From the NCBI GenBank assembly GCA_035506575.1, contig DATJPD010000043.1:24051-88050 (forward strand): a stretch of DNA of 64,000 nt, written 5' to 3'. The notes beneath the pieces were generated by a model. It saw nothing but the letters and a program-made list of their open reading frames with translations. It was not told the origin of the DNA and made no database searches. Both the position numbers and the translations under genes were made by a program. This DNA is from Alphaproteobacteria bacterium. GTDB taxonomy: Bacteria; Pseudomonadota; Alphaproteobacteria; CACIAM-22H2. Every line of letters starts with the position of its first letter. The first letter of the stretch is position 1. Shown piece after piece: positions 44,712 to 55,316 of the stretch.

Positions 44712-45749
44712 ATGAAACAGACATTCGCGGCTGGCCTTGCTGCATTGGCCGTCGGCGTGGTCATGTCGGCGGCGAACGCCGAGACGCTGACCGGTGCAGG
44801 CGGGACCGCCATCTATCCGGTGCTGGCCAAATGGGCCGACACCTATTCGAAGGAAAAGGGCGACTCGGTCAATTACCAGGCCATCGGCTCGGGCGGCGGC
44901 ATCAAGCAGATCGAATCCAAGACCGTGCTGTTCGGCAACAGCGACAAGCCCCTGCAGCCCGAAGAGCTCGACAAAAACGGCCTGATCCAATTCCCGCAGG
45001 TCATCATCTCGATCCTGCCGGTGGTGAACCTCGAAGGCATCAAATCGGGCGAGCTGGTATTCGACGGGACGACCCTCGCCGACATCTATCTCGGCAAGAT
45101 CAAGAACTGGGACGACCCGGCGATCAAGAAGCTCAACCCGAATGTGAAGCTGACCCACCAGGCGATCGCGGTCGTCTATCGCTCGGACGGATCGGGCACC
45201 ACCTTCAATTTCACCAACTACCTCTCGAAGGTGAGCCCCGAGTGGAAGCAGAAGGTCGGCGATGACACCTCGGTGCAGTTCCCGGTCGGCGTCGGCGGCA
45301 AGGGCAACGCCGGTGTCGCCAACTACGTGCAGCAGGTGAAGGGCTCGATCGGCTACGTCGAATACGCGTATGCCAAGGAGAACAACCTCACCTATGGCGA
45401 CATGGTCAACAAAGAGGGCAAGCACGTCGCCCCCACCATGGCCGCCTTCCAGGCCGCCGCAGCCAACGCGGATTTCAGCAAGGTGCAGAACTTCTACCTG
45501 ATCCTGACCGATCAGCCGGGTGCGGCGAGCTGGCCGATCACGGCAGCCACCTACATGCTGATGCGCAAGGACTATGATGCGGCGCAGAACAAGCGGGTGC
45601 TGCAGTTCCTCGACTGGTGCCTGCACAACGGGCAGCCGCAGGCCGAAGCGCTGGGCTACGTGCCGATGCCGGGCAACGTGATCAAGCAGATCGAGGCCAG
45701 CTGGGCCAAGAACCTGCCCGGCCAGGAATGGGCGGTGTCGATGAAGTAA
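44712..45749 (+). CDS. pstS: phosphate ABC transporter substrate-binding protein
   Basis: 345 aa; signal peptide; PstS core TGAGGTAIYPVLAKWADTY. Confidence 0.95.
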   Translation: MKQTFAAGLAALAVGVVMSAANAETLTGAGGTAIYPVLAKWADTYSKEKGDSVNYQAIGSGGGIKQIESKTVLFGNSDKPLQPEELDKNGLIQFPQVIISILPVVNLEGIKSGELVFDGTTLADIYLGKIKNWDDPAIKKLNPNVKLTHQAIAVVYRSDGSGTTFNFTNYLSKVSPEWKQKVGDDTSVQFPVGVGGKGNAGVANYVQQVKGSIGYVEYAYAKENNLTYGDMVNKEGKHVAPTMAAFQAAAANADFSKVQNFYLILTDQPGAASWPITAATYMLMRKDYDAAQNKRVLQFLDWCLHNGQPQAEALGYVPMPGNVIKQIEASWAKNLPGQEWAVSMK

Positions 45750-45773
45750 CCCGCGGACATCGACGGGTTAACG

Positions 45774-45801
45774 CTGCGGGCCGCCCTCGAGCGGCCCGCA
45801 G
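45774..45801 (+). terminator. GC-rich hairpin (ctgcgggccgc-cctcga-gcggcccgcag) after pstS, weak T tract; probable attenuator
   Basis: perfect 11 bp inverted repeat visible in the sequence; followed by tcgttt. Confidence 0.45.
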
Positions 45802-45898
45802 TCGTTTGGACCCTGTGGAAAATCCGGCTCATAGGGTCCTCTAACCTATTCATTGCTCACGCCGATTTGCACGATTGCGATACCCACAGCCTTACGGT

Positions 45899-45916
45899 CT
45901 GTCATCAAACTGTAAC
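45899..45916 (+). promoter_or_regulatory. second candidate Pho box (CTGTCAT-caaa-CTGTAAC) upstream of pstC
   Basis: same 7-4-7 architecture as the pstS box, about 100 nt before the pstC ATG. Confidence 0.4.
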
Positions 45917-46015
45917 CATGCTGACGCATAAAGTTCTTCGGGCGTGGGATAGCTTCTGCCACACGAGCGGGTCCGGATCGCGGGCATCCCGCATCTCCGC
46001 CAAAAGGTACGGTTC

Positions 46016-47002
46016 ATGAGCGACATCGCGGCCCGGTCGTTGGATTTCGAAGCCCAACACGCGAGATGGGCGCGCGGCCAGAACCTCATCGATGCCATCT
46101 TCCGGACCGCCACGCTGGTGTTCGCGATCATCGTGCTGCTGCTGCTGGGCGGCGTCATCGTGGCGCTGGTCAACGGCGCCTGGCCCGCCTTGCACCATTT
46201 CGGCTTGTGGAACTTCGTCACCTCGAGCGCATGGAATCCCGTCAAGGAGGATTTCGGCGCCTGGCCGGCGATCTACGGCACCTTGGTGACGGCCGCCATC
46301 GCCATGCTGATCGGCATTCCGATCAGCTTCGGCATCGCCGTGTTCATCACCGAGTTGTGCCCGCCCTGGCTGAAACGCCCGATCGGCACCGCGATCGAGC
46401 TTCTGGCCGGCATCCCCAGCATCATCTACGGAATCTGGGGCTTGTTCGTGCTGGCGCCGTTCCTGCAATCGACCGTCCAGCCCTTCCTGATCGACACGCT
46501 GGGTGATCTGCCGGTCATCGGCTCCCTGTTCAGCGGCGCCCCCCTCGGCATCGGCGTGCTGACCGCGGGCATCATCCTCGGGGTCATGGTGCTGCCCTAC
46601 ATCACCTCGGTGATGCGCGACGTGTTCGAGACCGTCCCGCCAATGCTGAAGGAATCGGCCTACGGGCTCGGCTGCACCACGTCCGAGGTGGTGTGGAACA
46701 TCGTGGTGCCCTATACGCGCATCGGCATCGTGGGCGGCATCATGCTGGGCTTGGGCCGGGCGCTCGGCGAGACCATGGCCGTCACGTTCGTCATCGGCAA
46801 CTCGCATCACATCGCGGAATCGCTCATGGCCCCGGGCACCACGATCGCCGCGTCCCTCGCGAATGAATTCACCGAAGCCGTCAGCGACATTTACCTGTCG
46901 TCGCTGATCGCGCTCGGCTTCATCCTGTTCATCATCACGTTCATCGTGCTCGCGGCGGCGAAGCTGCTGCTGATCCGCTTGCAGCGCCAGGCCGGGACCT
47001 GA
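46016..47002 (+). CDS. pstC: phosphate ABC transporter permease PstC
   Basis: 328 aa; 6 TM; EAA-like loop region. Confidence 0.95.
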   Translation: MSDIAARSLDFEAQHARWARGQNLIDAIFRTATLVFAIIVLLLLGGVIVALVNGAWPALHHFGLWNFVTSSAWNPVKEDFGAWPAIYGTLVTAAIAMLIGIPISFGIAVFITELCPPWLKRPIGTAIELLAGIPSIIYGIWGLFVLAPFLQSTVQPFLIDTLGDLPVIGSLFSGAPLGIGVLTAGIILGVMVLPYITSVMRDVFETVPPMLKESAYGLGCTTSEVVWNIVVPYTRIGIVGGIMLGLGRALGETMAVTFVIGNSHHIAESLMAPGTTIAASLANEFTEAVSDIYLSSLIALGFILFIITFIVLAAAKLLLIRLQRQAGT

Positions 47003-47007
47003 CCTCC

Positions 47008-47853
47008 ATGAATCTGTATATGCGCCGCCGCATCGCCAACTTGGTGATCTTGTCGCTGTCAATGTGCGCGACCGTGATCGGGCTGGCCTGGCTGACGGCC
47101 ATCCTGTGGACGTTGCTGACGAACGGCGTCAGCTCGCTGTCGCTCACCTTGTTCACCGCGTCGACGCCGCCGCCCGGCGGGCAAGGCGGCCTGATCAACG
47201 CGATCTACGGCAGCTTCGTCATGACCGTGATCGGCACTCTGCTCGGCACGCCGGTGGGCATCCTCGCCGGCACGTTCCTCGCCGAGTACAGCCGCAATAG
47301 CCGCCGGCTCGCGGACGTCGTCCGCTTCATCAACGACATCCTGCTCAGCGCGCCCTCGATCATCGTCGGCCTGTTCGTCTACACGGTGCTGGTCGTCCGC
47401 ATGGGCCACTTCTCGGCCTGGGCAGGGGCCGTAGCGCTCGCCATCCTGGTGATCCCGGTGGTTCTGCGCACGACCGAGGATATGCTGAACCTGATCCCCG
47501 ACGCGCTGCGCGAAGCCGCGGCCGCTCTGGGAATGCCGAAATGGCAGATCGTCACGTTCATCTGCTACCGGGCGGCCGTTCAAGGCCTGCTGACCGGCGT
47601 CATGCTCGCGGTGGCACGGATCAGCGGCGAGACCGCACCGCTGCTCTTCACCGCGCTGAACAACCAGTTCATGACGACCAACCTGGATACGCCCATGGCC
47701 AACCTGCCGGTCGTGATCTTCCAGTTCGCCATGAGCCCCTACCGGGACTGGCAGACCCTCGCCTGGGCGGGCGCTCTGCTCATCACGATCGTCATCCTGG
47801 TGCTCAATATCTCCGCTCGCGTCATCGCCAATTGGAGCCGCGTGAAACAATGA
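47008..47853 (+). CDS. pstA: phosphate ABC transporter permease PstA
   Basis: 281 aa polytopic permease. Confidence 0.95.
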   Translation: MNLYMRRRIANLVILSLSMCATVIGLAWLTAILWTLLTNGVSSLSLTLFTASTPPPGGQGGLINAIYGSFVMTVIGTLLGTPVGILAGTFLAEYSRNSRRLADVVRFINDILLSAPSIIVGLFVYTVLVVRMGHFSAWAGAVALAILVIPVVLRTTEDMLNLIPDALREAAAALGMPKWQIVTFICYRAAVQGLLTGVMLAVARISGETAPLLFTALNNQFMTTNLDTPMANLPVVIFQFAMSPYRDWQTLAWAGALLITIVILVLNISARVIANWSRVKQ

Positions 47854-48746
47854 TGTCCGAATCTCCCGTCCCCGCTTATGCCCCGCGCGCCGTGAACGGC
47901 TCCGACACCGCTCCGCCCGGCAGCCGGCCGGTCCTGCGCACGACGATCGGAACCAGCGCTTCGGCGCCGCAGCAGGTCGGCAAGCAGGCCATGGCGATGA
48001 AGATCGAGATCAAGGATCTCCGCTTCTATTACAAGAAGTACGAGGCCCTGAAGGGCATTTCGTTGCCGATCTACGACAAGCGGGTCACGGCGTTCATCGG
48101 CCCGTCGGGCTGCGGCAAGTCGACCCTGCTGCGCGTGCTCAACCGGATCTACCAGCTTTATCCGGACCAGCGGGCCACCGGCGAGGTGCGCTTCGACAAC
48201 CGCAACCTGCTCGATCCCAAGCTCGACCTCAACCTCCTGCGCGCCAAGATCGGCATGGTGTTCCAGAAGCCGACGCCGTTTCCGATGTCGATCTACGACA
48301 ACATCTCGTTCGGCATCCGCCTCTATGAAAAGCTGCCGCAGAGCGAGATGGACGGACGCGTCGAGCAGGCCCTGCGCCGCGCCGCGCTGTGGGACGAGGT
48401 CAAGGACAAGCTCAAGCAGAGCGGCCTCGGCCTGTCCGGCGGCCAGCAGCAGCGCCTGTGCATTGCGCGCGCCGTGGCTCTCGAGCCCGAGGTGCTGCTG
48501 CTCGACGAGCCGGCCTCCGCCCTCGACCCGATCTCCACCCTCAAGATCGAAGAGCTGATCAGCGAGCTGAAGAGCGACTACTGCATCGTGATCGTGACCC
48601 ACAACATGCAGCAGGCCGCCCGCGCCGCCGACTACACAGCCTTCATGTACCTTGGCGAACTGGTCGAGTTCGACGAGACGCAGATCATCTTCACCAATCC
48701 CTCGAAAAAGCAGACCGAGGACTATGTCACCGGCCGTTTCGGCTGA
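47850..48746 (+). CDS. pstB: phosphate ABC transporter ATP-binding protein
   Basis: Walker [10 protein letters not shown], signature LSGGQQQRL, Walker B LLLDEP; start at the ATGATG overlapping the pstA stop; an alternative start MAMKIEI at 47991 is possible. Confidence 0.9.
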   Translation: MMSESPVPAYAPRAVNGSDTAPPGSRPVLRTTIGTSASAPQQVGKQAMAMKIEIKDLRFYYKKYEALKGISLPIYDKRVTAFIGPSGCGKSTLLRVLNRIYQLYPDQRATGEVRFDNRNLLDPKLDLNLLRAKIGMVFQKPTPFPMSIYDNISFGIRLYEKLPQSEMDGRVEQALRRAALWDEVKDKLKQSGLGLSGGQQQRLCIARAVALEPEVLLLDEPASALDPISTLKIEELISELKSDYCIVIVTHNMQQAARAADYTAFMYLGELVEFDETQIIFTNPSKKQTEDYVTGRFG

Positions 48747-48774
48747 CGGACGGCCGTCGTAGGAGATTGCGCGT

Positions 48775-49500
48775 ATGGCAAGCGAACATGTCGTCAAGTC
48801 GTTCGAAGAGGAGCTGAAGCGGCTCCACAGCCTCATCTCCCGCATGGGCGGAATCGCCGAGAGCCAGCTCGCCGACGCCATCCGCGCGGTGATCGAGCGG
48901 GACTCCGAGCTGGCGGCGGAGGTGGTGGAAGGCGACCCCAAGGTCGACGAGCTCGAACGCGAGGTCGACGACCTTGCGCTCAAGGTCCTGGCGCTGCGCC
49001 AGCCCATGGCGGTCGATCTGCGCTCGATCCTGTCGGCGCTCAAGATCGCGGCCGAGCTCGAGCGCATCGCCGACTACGCGACCAACGTCGCCAAGCGGTC
49101 GATCGCCCTCAACCAGATCCCGCCGGTCCGCCCCGTGCATGCGATCCCGCGCATGGGCCAGGTGGTCAAGGAGATGATCAAGGACGTGCTCGATGCCTAC
49201 GTCACGTCCGACGTGGACAAGGCGGTGCGGGTGTGGAACCGGGACGAGGAGCTCGACGAGATGTACTCGAGCCTGTTCCGCGAGCTCCTCACGTACATGA
49301 TGGAGGACGCGCGCAACATCACGGCCGCCACGCATCTCCTGTTCATCGCCAAGAACATCGAGCGCATCGGCGACCACGCGACCAACATCGCCGAAACGAT
49401 CTATTTCCAGGTCAAGGCCGTGCCGTTGCGCGAGGCGAGGCCGAAGGGCGACGCATCGAGCTTCACGATCGTCAAGCCAGTCGCCGGGGCCGCGAAATGA
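48775..49500 (+). CDS. phoU: phosphate signalling complex protein PhoU
   Basis: 241 aa; two PhoU repeats (ELERIADYATNVA / IERIGDHATNIAE). Confidence 0.95.
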   Translation: MASEHVVKSFEEELKRLHSLISRMGGIAESQLADAIRAVIERDSELAAEVVEGDPKVDELEREVDDLALKVLALRQPMAVDLRSILSALKIAAELERIADYATNVAKRSIALNQIPPVRPVHAIPRMGQVVKEMIKDVLDAYVTSDVDKAVRVWNRDEELDEMYSSLFRELLTYMMEDARNITAATHLLFIAKNIERIGDHATNIAETIYFQVKAVPLREARPKGDASSFTIVKPVAGAAK

Positions 49501-50240
49501 TGCCTTCCGCCGAAGTGAACGGACAGGTGGCGGTGCGCGGCAGTGCCATCAAGCCGCATATCCTGGTCGTCGAGGATGAGACCGCGCTGGTCGAAATCCT
49601 GCGCTACAACCTCGAGAAGGAAGGCTTCGAGGTGGCGGTCGCCGTGGACGGCGAGGAAGCGCTGGCGGCCATCAACGAGCGGCCGCCGGATCTCGTCGTA
49701 CTCGACTGGATGCTGCCGCTGGTCTCCGGCCTCGAGATCTGCCGCCAGGTGCGCCGCAAGCCCGAGACGCGCGATCTGCCCATCATCATGCTGACCGCGC
49801 GCGGCGAAGAAGCCGACCGCGTGCGCGGACTCGAGGTCGGCGCCGACGATTACGTGGCGAAGCCCTTCAGCCCCAGCGAGCTGATCGCCCGCGTGCGCGC
49901 GGTGCTCCGCCGCTCGAAACCCTCCACCTCGGGCGACCTGCTCACCTACGCAGGGATCGTCATGGACCTGTCCTCCCACCGCGTGCTCCGCGATGGCCGC
50001 CCGATCCATCTCGGCCCGACGGAGTTCCGCCTGCTGCGCTTCCTCATGGAGCGGCCGGGCCGCGTCTACAGCCGCGAGCAGCTGCTCGATGCGGTGTGGG
50101 GCCGCGACATCTACGTCGAGGTGCGGACGGTGGATGTCCATATCCGCCGCCTGCGCAAGGCCTTGAACGGCCCCAACGACATCGACCTCATCCGCACCGT
50201 GCGCTCGGCCGGCTATGCGCTCGATGAGCTTGCCCAGTGA
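49497..50240 (+). CDS. phoB: phosphate regulon response regulator
   Basis: receiver domain (ILVVEDE...DLVVLDWMLP) and winged-helix domain (VDVHIRRLRKAL); ATGA overlap with the phoU stop. Confidence 0.95.
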   Translation: MMPSAEVNGQVAVRGSAIKPHILVVEDETALVEILRYNLEKEGFEVAVAVDGEEALAAINERPPDLVVLDWMLPLVSGLEICRQVRRKPETRDLPIIMLTARGEEADRVRGLEVGADDYVAKPFSPSELIARVRAVLRRSKPSTSGDLLTYAGIVMDLSSHRVLRDGRPIHLGPTEFRLLRFLMERPGRVYSREQLLDAVWGRDIYVEVRTVDVHIRRLRKALNGPNDIDLIRTVRSAGYALDELAQ

Positions 50241-50327
50241 CCACCGTTCAGAGCTTCGCCGCCGTGACCTTCCATCGTCGAAAGCTGTAACAACCACGGC
50301 GGCACTTTCGGCACGCTCCCTGTGCTG

Positions 50328-50360
50328 ACCCCTCCCCCGGCACCTCGCAAGAGGTGCCGG
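50328..50360 (+). terminator. intrinsic terminator of the pst-pho operon (ccggcacctc-gcaa-gaggtgccgg + ttttctttt)
   Basis: perfect 10 bp stem plus a T-rich tract 90 nt after the phoB stop. Confidence 0.6.
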
Positions 50361-50373
50361 TTTTCTTTTGGGG

Positions 50374-51507
50374 TCAGGCGGCCGGCAGCCCCAAGGCCTG
50401 TTCGGCTGGCAAGAGATCGAGGCCGAGCGCCTGGGCCACGGCCGGATGAGTGATCCGGCCCTTATGGACGTTGAGGCCGTGGCGGAGGTGCGGATCGGCC
50501 GCCAGCGCCCCTGCCACCCCCTTGTCGGCCAGGGCCACCGCGAACGGCAAGGTGGCGTTGTTGAGCGCGATGGTCGAGGTGCGGGCCACGGCACCCGGCA
50601 TGTTGGCCACGCAGTAATGCACCACGCCGTCGACGATGAAGGTCGGATCGGCGTGCGTGGTGACACGGCTGGTCTCGAAACAGCCGCCCTGGTCGATGGA
50701 AATATCGACCATCACCGAGCCGCGGCGCATGCGACGCACCATCTCGCGGGTCACGAGCCTGGGGGCGGCGGCTCCCGGCACCAGCACCGCCCCGACCACG
50801 AGATCGGCGCTCAGGACGTGCTGCTCGATCGCATCCTGAGTCGCGAAGACAGTGTGCAGGCGCGAGCCGAACTGCAGGTCGAGATCGTAGAGGCGCGGGA
50901 GGGACCGGTCGATCACCACCACATGCGCCTCCATGCCCATCGCCATACGGGCCGCATTGGTGCCCGACACGCCGCCGCCGAGGATCACCACCTTGGCGGC
51001 AGGCACGCCGGGAACGCCGCCCAACAGCACGCCGGCCCCGCCCTGGCGCCGCTCGAGGCAGTGGGCACCCACCTGGATCGACATCCGCCCTGCCACCTCG
51101 CTCATGGGTGCAAGAAGCGGAAGGCCGCCGGTCGCCGAGGTCACCGTCTCATACGCGATGGCGGTGCAGCCGGCCGCGAGCAGCCCCTTGGTCTGCGCGG
51201 GGTCGGGCGCCAGATGGAGATAGGTGAACAGCACATGGTCCGGCCGGAGGCGCTTGAGCTCGGCCGGCTGCGGCTCCTTCACCTTGACGATCATCTGGGC
51301 GGCGGTGAACACCTCTTCCGCCGTAGCGGCGATGCGCGCACCGGCCCCCCGGTAATGGTCGTCGTCGAAGCCGATGTCGTACCCGGCCGAGGTCTCGACC
51401 AGCAGCTCGTGGCCGTGATTCACGAGCTCGCGCACGCTGGCCGGCGTCAAGCCGACGCGGTGCTCTTCGTTCTTGATCTCCTTGGGAACGCCGATCCGCA
51501 TGCGCAC
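50374..51507 (-). CDS. ald: alanine dehydrogenase
   Basis: 377 aa; MRIGVPKEIKNEEHRVGLTP and Rossmann motif GGGVSGTNAARMA. Confidence 0.95.
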   Translation of the reverse strand: MRMRIGVPKEIKNEEHRVGLTPASVRELVNHGHELLVETSAGYDIGFDDDHYRGAGARIAATAEEVFTAAQMIVKVKEPQPAELKRLRPDHVLFTYLHLAPDPAQTKGLLAAGCTAIAYETVTSATGGLPLLAPMSEVAGRMSIQVGAHCLERRQGGAGVLLGGVPGVPAAKVVILGGGVSGTNAARMAMGMEAHVVVIDRSLPRLYDLDLQFGSRLHTVFATQDAIEQHVLSADLVVGAVLVPGAAAPRLVTREMVRRMRRGSVMVDISIDQGGCFETSRVTTHADPTFIVDGVVHYCVANMPGAVARTSTIALNNATLPFAVALADKGVAGALAADPHLRHGLNVHKGRITHPAVAQALGLDLLPAEQALGLPAA

Positions 51508-51598
51508 CTCATCCGTCGTGATACGAGCATGCGGTCTCGGCGCAGCGCGGTCAATCGCGGACCTCGCCGCCCGCCAAGCCGCATGCTAAGCACGCCCC

Positions 51599-52582
51599 AT
51601 GGCGGCAAGCGCCCCGCAGACGATTTTGGTTTATGTCGGCCGCGATCTGATCGGCGACGGCCTGATCAAGCTGCCCTTCGTGCGGGCGCTGCGCGCCGCG
51701 TTCCCCGCGGCGAGGATCACCTGGCTCGCCGGAACAGGCGAAACCGTCTACGCCGGGCCGCTGCGCCCGCTGGTGGCGGGCCTGATCGACGAGATCATCC
51801 AGGACGCAGGCATCGGCCAGCGGCCGGTGGAGCTGCTCCGGCGCCCCCTTCGCGGCCGAAGTTTCGACCTCATCATCGACACGCAACGGCGGATCCTCAC
51901 CACGCTCATCCTGCGGCGGATCGCGCATACGCGATTCATGTCCGCCGCCGCAGGCTATCTGCTCTCGGACATCAAGCCCGACGGCCGCGACAAAAAGCCG
52001 CCCGCACTCATCCGCCAGCTTCTCAACCTGGTCGAGCTGACGAGCGGACGCGCGACCCAGCCGCACGCAGCACCGGAGCTGCCGGCCGCGTTGCGCGACA
52101 CGTCGCAGCACTTGCTGCCCGACGGCCGGACCTATATCGGCTTGGCGCCCGGAGCCGGGGGCCGGCACAAATGCTGGCCGCTCGAGCGCTTCATCGCGCT
52201 TGCCCGCCTGCTCCGTACACAAGGGAAGGTTCCGGTGTTCATCCTCGGGCCCGCCGAAGCCGAGTGGGCGGACCGCGTGCACCTTGCGGTACCGAGCGCC
52301 AAGCTGCCGCTGCAAGACGCACGGTCGTTCGACCCGCTCCTGACCTTGGCGTTGGCCGAGCGCCTTGCGGTGGCGGTCGCGAACGACAGCGGCGGCGGGC
52401 ACTTGCTGGCGGCGGGCGGTGTCCCGCTCGTCTCGCTGTTCGGCCCGAGCTCGCCGGCCAAATTCGCCCCGCTGGCCAAGCGGCTCATGATCGTCACCGC
52501 GCAAGAGTTCGGCGGATCGGAGATGACGGCGATCCCGGTCGACGCCGTGGCGGCGGCGGTCGAGTCTCTGCTGCCGGGCTAG
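51599..52582 (+). CDS. glycosyltransferase family 9 (heptosyltransferase-like)
   Basis: 327 aa; GT9 architecture (ILVYVGRDLIGDGL...LGPAEAEW...ANDSGGGHLLAAGGVPLVSLFG). Confidence 0.75.
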   Translation: MAASAPQTILVYVGRDLIGDGLIKLPFVRALRAAFPAARITWLAGTGETVYAGPLRPLVAGLIDEIIQDAGIGQRPVELLRRPLRGRSFDLIIDTQRRILTTLILRRIAHTRFMSAAAGYLLSDIKPDGRDKKPPALIRQLLNLVELTSGRATQPHAAPELPAALRDTSQHLLPDGRTYIGLAPGAGGRHKCWPLERFIALARLLRTQGKVPVFILGPAEAEWADRVHLAVPSAKLPLQDARSFDPLLTLALAERLAVAVANDSGGGHLLAAGGVPLVSLFGPSSPAKFAPLAKRLMIVTAQEFGGSEMTAIPVDAVAAAVESLLPG

Positions 52583-53883
52583 TCCCCCCCGGCGAGAGCC
52601 GCCTTGCGGGGCAAGGCCGCGTCGGGGAAGCGCCGCATGAGCCAGAGAACCATGGCCAAGCCCGGCAGGGCTGCCAAGCTCGTGAGGAAGAAGAAGGCGG
52701 GCCAGCTGACGTGTTCCGACAGCCAGCCGGCCGGCGCCGACAAGAGCCGCGTCGGCAGGGCGGCGAGCGAAGAGAACAGCGCGTACTGCGTGGCGGTGAA
52801 CGCGACGTTGCACAGGTTCGAGAGATAGGCCACGAACGCCGCCGACCCCATGCCGGCCGCAAAATTGTCGGTGAAAATCGTCGCCGCCAGCATCCAGGTG
52901 TCGTGGCCGACCCAGGCTTGGACGACGTAGAGGGAATTCGCGAGCATGGTCAGGAGCCCGCAGCCGAACAAACTGCGATAGAGGCCCCAGCGATCGGCGA
53001 CCACGCCGCCGAGGGCCACGCCCCCCAGGGTTGCGAAGAAGCCGACCAGCTTGCTGATATTGGCGACCTCGATCTTCGTGAAGCCCATCGCGACGTAGAA
53101 CGGATTGGCCATGACCCCGGTCAGCGCATCGCCGAATTTGTAGAGCACGACGAACAGCAGGATGACCGCCCAGCCGGGCCGCGTCATGAAATCGGCGAAC
53201 GGCTCGATCACCGCGGACCGGAACCAGGCCGCGCCTCCCCGGTCACGACCTTCCGGCCGTGCCGATTGAGCCCGGCTCGGCTCCGGCGTCGCCAGCACGG
53301 TTACGACGCCCACCAGCATCAGCCCCGCCATGACCGCGTACGCCACATGCCAGCCGCCGAACTGCGCCGCGTAGAGCGCCCCCGCTCCGGCCGCCAGAAG
53401 CCCGAACCGATAACCCCATTGCGTGGCCGCCGCCCCCGCTCCCTGCTCGTCGGCCTCGAGCAACTCGATGCGATACGCGTCGATGACGATGTCCTGGCTC
53501 GCCGACAGGAACGCCACGAGGACCGCGAGAAGGACGGTCGGCAGCAACTGCTGCTGGGGCTCCGTCTGGCCCAAGGCGAAGATCGCCAGCATGAGCGGCA
53601 CCTGGATCGCCACCGCCCAGCCGCGCCGGCGGCCGAGGCGCCGGGTGAGGCCCGAGATCGGCAGCCGGTCGATCAGCGGCGACCACAGGAATTTGTAGTT
53701 GTAGGAAAAGCCCACCAGCACGAAGAGCCCGATCTCGGTGCGCGAGATGCCGGCCTCGGCAAGCCAGAAGGACAACGTGGCGAAGGTGAGCGGAAGCGGC
53801 AGGCCGCTCGAAAACCCCATGAAGAGGACGGCGATGAGTCGCGGCGTGCGGTAGATCTTCAGCGACTCGACCCAAGACGACAT
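52579..53883 (-). CDS. ampG: AmpG-family muropeptide MFS transporter
   Basis: 434 aa; AmpG N-terminus LIAVLFMGFSSGLPLPLTFATLSFWLAEAG...GFSYNYKFLWSPLID. Confidence 0.85.
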   Translation of the reverse strand: MSSWVESLKIYRTPRLIAVLFMGFSSGLPLPLTFATLSFWLAEAGISRTEIGLFVLVGFSYNYKFLWSPLIDRLPISGLTRRLGRRRGWAVAIQVPLMLAIFALGQTEPQQQLLPTVLLAVLVAFLSASQDIVIDAYRIELLEADEQGAGAAATQWGYRFGLLAAGAGALYAAQFGGWHVAYAVMAGLMLVGVVTVLATPEPSRAQSARPEGRDRGGAAWFRSAVIEPFADFMTRPGWAVILLFVVLYKFGDALTGVMANPFYVAMGFTKIEVANISKLVGFFATLGGVALGGVVADRWGLYRSLFGCGLLTMLANSLYVVQAWVGHDTWMLAATIFTDNFAAGMGSAAFVAYLSNLCNVAFTATQYALFSSLAALPTRLLSAPAGWLSEHVSWPAFFFLTSLAALPGLAMVLWLMRRFPDAALPRKAALAGGD

Positions 53884-53941
53884 GCGGCAATCTTAGGGCC
53901 CACGCCGCGGTGCGGCGAGGCAAGATTGCCCAAACGGCTGG

Positions 53942-54622
53942 TCAGCCGGTTGCGGCCTGGAAGTCCTTCACGAACCGGTCGAGCTGATCGCCCTCGACGT
54001 CCGACACCGCCCAACAGGTGAGATCGCCCTGCCGCCACTGGCGCAAATGGTAGCCCTGGATCTCGGCCGGCGGCTTCGGCGCAATCCCGCCGGAGCGCCG
54101 TGTCCACACGAACAGATTGATGACGTGCTGGTTGCTCCGGTACACGAGGGCCGCCACCGGATGATTGTCGATGTAGTCGAGCCGGCCGCCGACGAGCGGG
54201 AAGCCCTGCTCCGTGAGGTCGACCACGGGCGGCGACAGGTCGAGCCTGCCGTCGAACCACGGCTTGACCGTGTGCTGGTTCGAGGACAGCACGTCGGTGA
54301 GATGCTGCGCCTGCATCGAGCGCACGTGACTTGCCAGCACCTCCTCGGCGAGCTGGTCCTGACGGTCGGACGCGGTCACGTACCAGGTCGTGCCCGACGA
54401 CAGCACGACCGCCAGAACGAACGAGGCGGCGAGCGCCAGTGGCCGCCAAGGCACGACCGGGCGCCGGGGACGCAACGGAACGACCGGAGCGGAGGGGCGG
54501 CCGGATTCGGTTTCGACCGCATCCAGGGCGGCGCCGATCCGGCCGGCGAGACCTGGCGGTGCGGCGTAGCGCCTGCCATGCCGGCGGATGACATCGCCCA
54601 TCGTATCGGACGCGTCAGCCAT
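53942..54622 (-). CDS. anti-sigma factor (single-pass membrane protein)
   Basis: short cytoplasmic N-terminus, one TM (LALAASFVLAVVLSS), periplasmic domain; overlaps the sigma-factor stop; start could be M at 54652, 54622 or 54601. Confidence 0.6.
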   Translation of the reverse strand: MADASDTMGDVIRRHGRRYAAPPGLAGRIGAALDAVETESGRPSAPVVPLRPRRPVVPWRPLALAASFVLAVVLSSGTTWYVTASDRQDQLAEEVLASHVRSMQAQHLTDVLSSNQHTVKPWFDGRLDLSPPVVDLTEQGFPLVGGRLDYIDNHPVAALVYRSNQHVINLFVWTRRSGGIAPKPPAEIQGYHLRQWRQGDLTCWAVSDVEGDQLDRFVKDFQAATG

Positions 54623-55151
54623 GGCCGTATTCCTTGAGCCGGCGCTTGCCATCCGTGGTCAGCAGGGCGCGCGCGCGCGCCAGCCGCGACATCACCGTGC
54701 CGACCGGGACGCCCGCGATCTCGGCGATCTCCTTGTAGGACAGCTCCTGCAGCTCGCGCAGGACGACGACCTCGCGGAACGGAACGGGCAGGGCGGCGAT
54801 CATCTCGTTGACCAAGTTGGCGTCGGCACGGCGGAGCAGAGCCGTCTCAGGGTTGTCCTCGGCCTCGCCGGCGACCGCCTCGAGATCCATATCGGCATTC
54901 GAGACGATCTCGGCCGGCCGGTTGCGGTGCATCCAGTCATAGGCGGCCCGCCGCACGACCGCGAGGAGCCAGGCGCGAAAATTTTCGCCGCGGAAGCTGG
55001 CAAAATATTTGTAGGCCCGCAGATACGCATCCTGGACGACGTCCTCGGCATCGCTGTCGTTCCGCGTTAACCATCGCGCCAGGTTGTAGGCCGCATCCAG
55101 ATGCGGCAACGCCAGGCGCTCGAACTGTCGCGGTCCAGTCTCGATGGTCAC
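54615..55151 (-). CDS. RNA polymerase ECF-type sigma factor
   Basis: region 2 (EDVVQDAYLRAYKYFASF) and region 4 (LSYKEIAEIAGVPVGTVMSRLARAR). Confidence 0.9.
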   Translation of the reverse strand: MTIETGPRQFERLALPHLDAAYNLARWLTRNDSDAEDVVQDAYLRAYKYFASFRGENFRAWLLAVVRRAAYDWMHRNRPAEIVSNADMDLEAVAGEAEDNPETALLRRADANLVNEMIAALPVPFREVVVLRELQELSYKEIAEIAGVPVGTVMSRLARARALLTTDGKRRLKEYGHG

Positions 55152-55316
55152 AAAAAGCGGGCCTCAAAGGTCTCGTGCCTCCAATTTAGCGTAGATCGGC
55201 GAAACGCCGGAATTATTCCCGGAATTTTCACCCCCACCGGCGGGGCCGGGAATATCGGGGGGGCGGCCCCGGTCTCCTCCCGCGTGACCCTTCACCACCC
55301 AAACGGGGAGAGGACC

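Noticed and set aside
50368-54021. 1217 aa ORF on the plus strand
   Set aside because: It runs antisense through ald and ampG and out of frame through the GT9 gene. Its translation is R/G/A/P-rich junk. It is a GC-content artefact.
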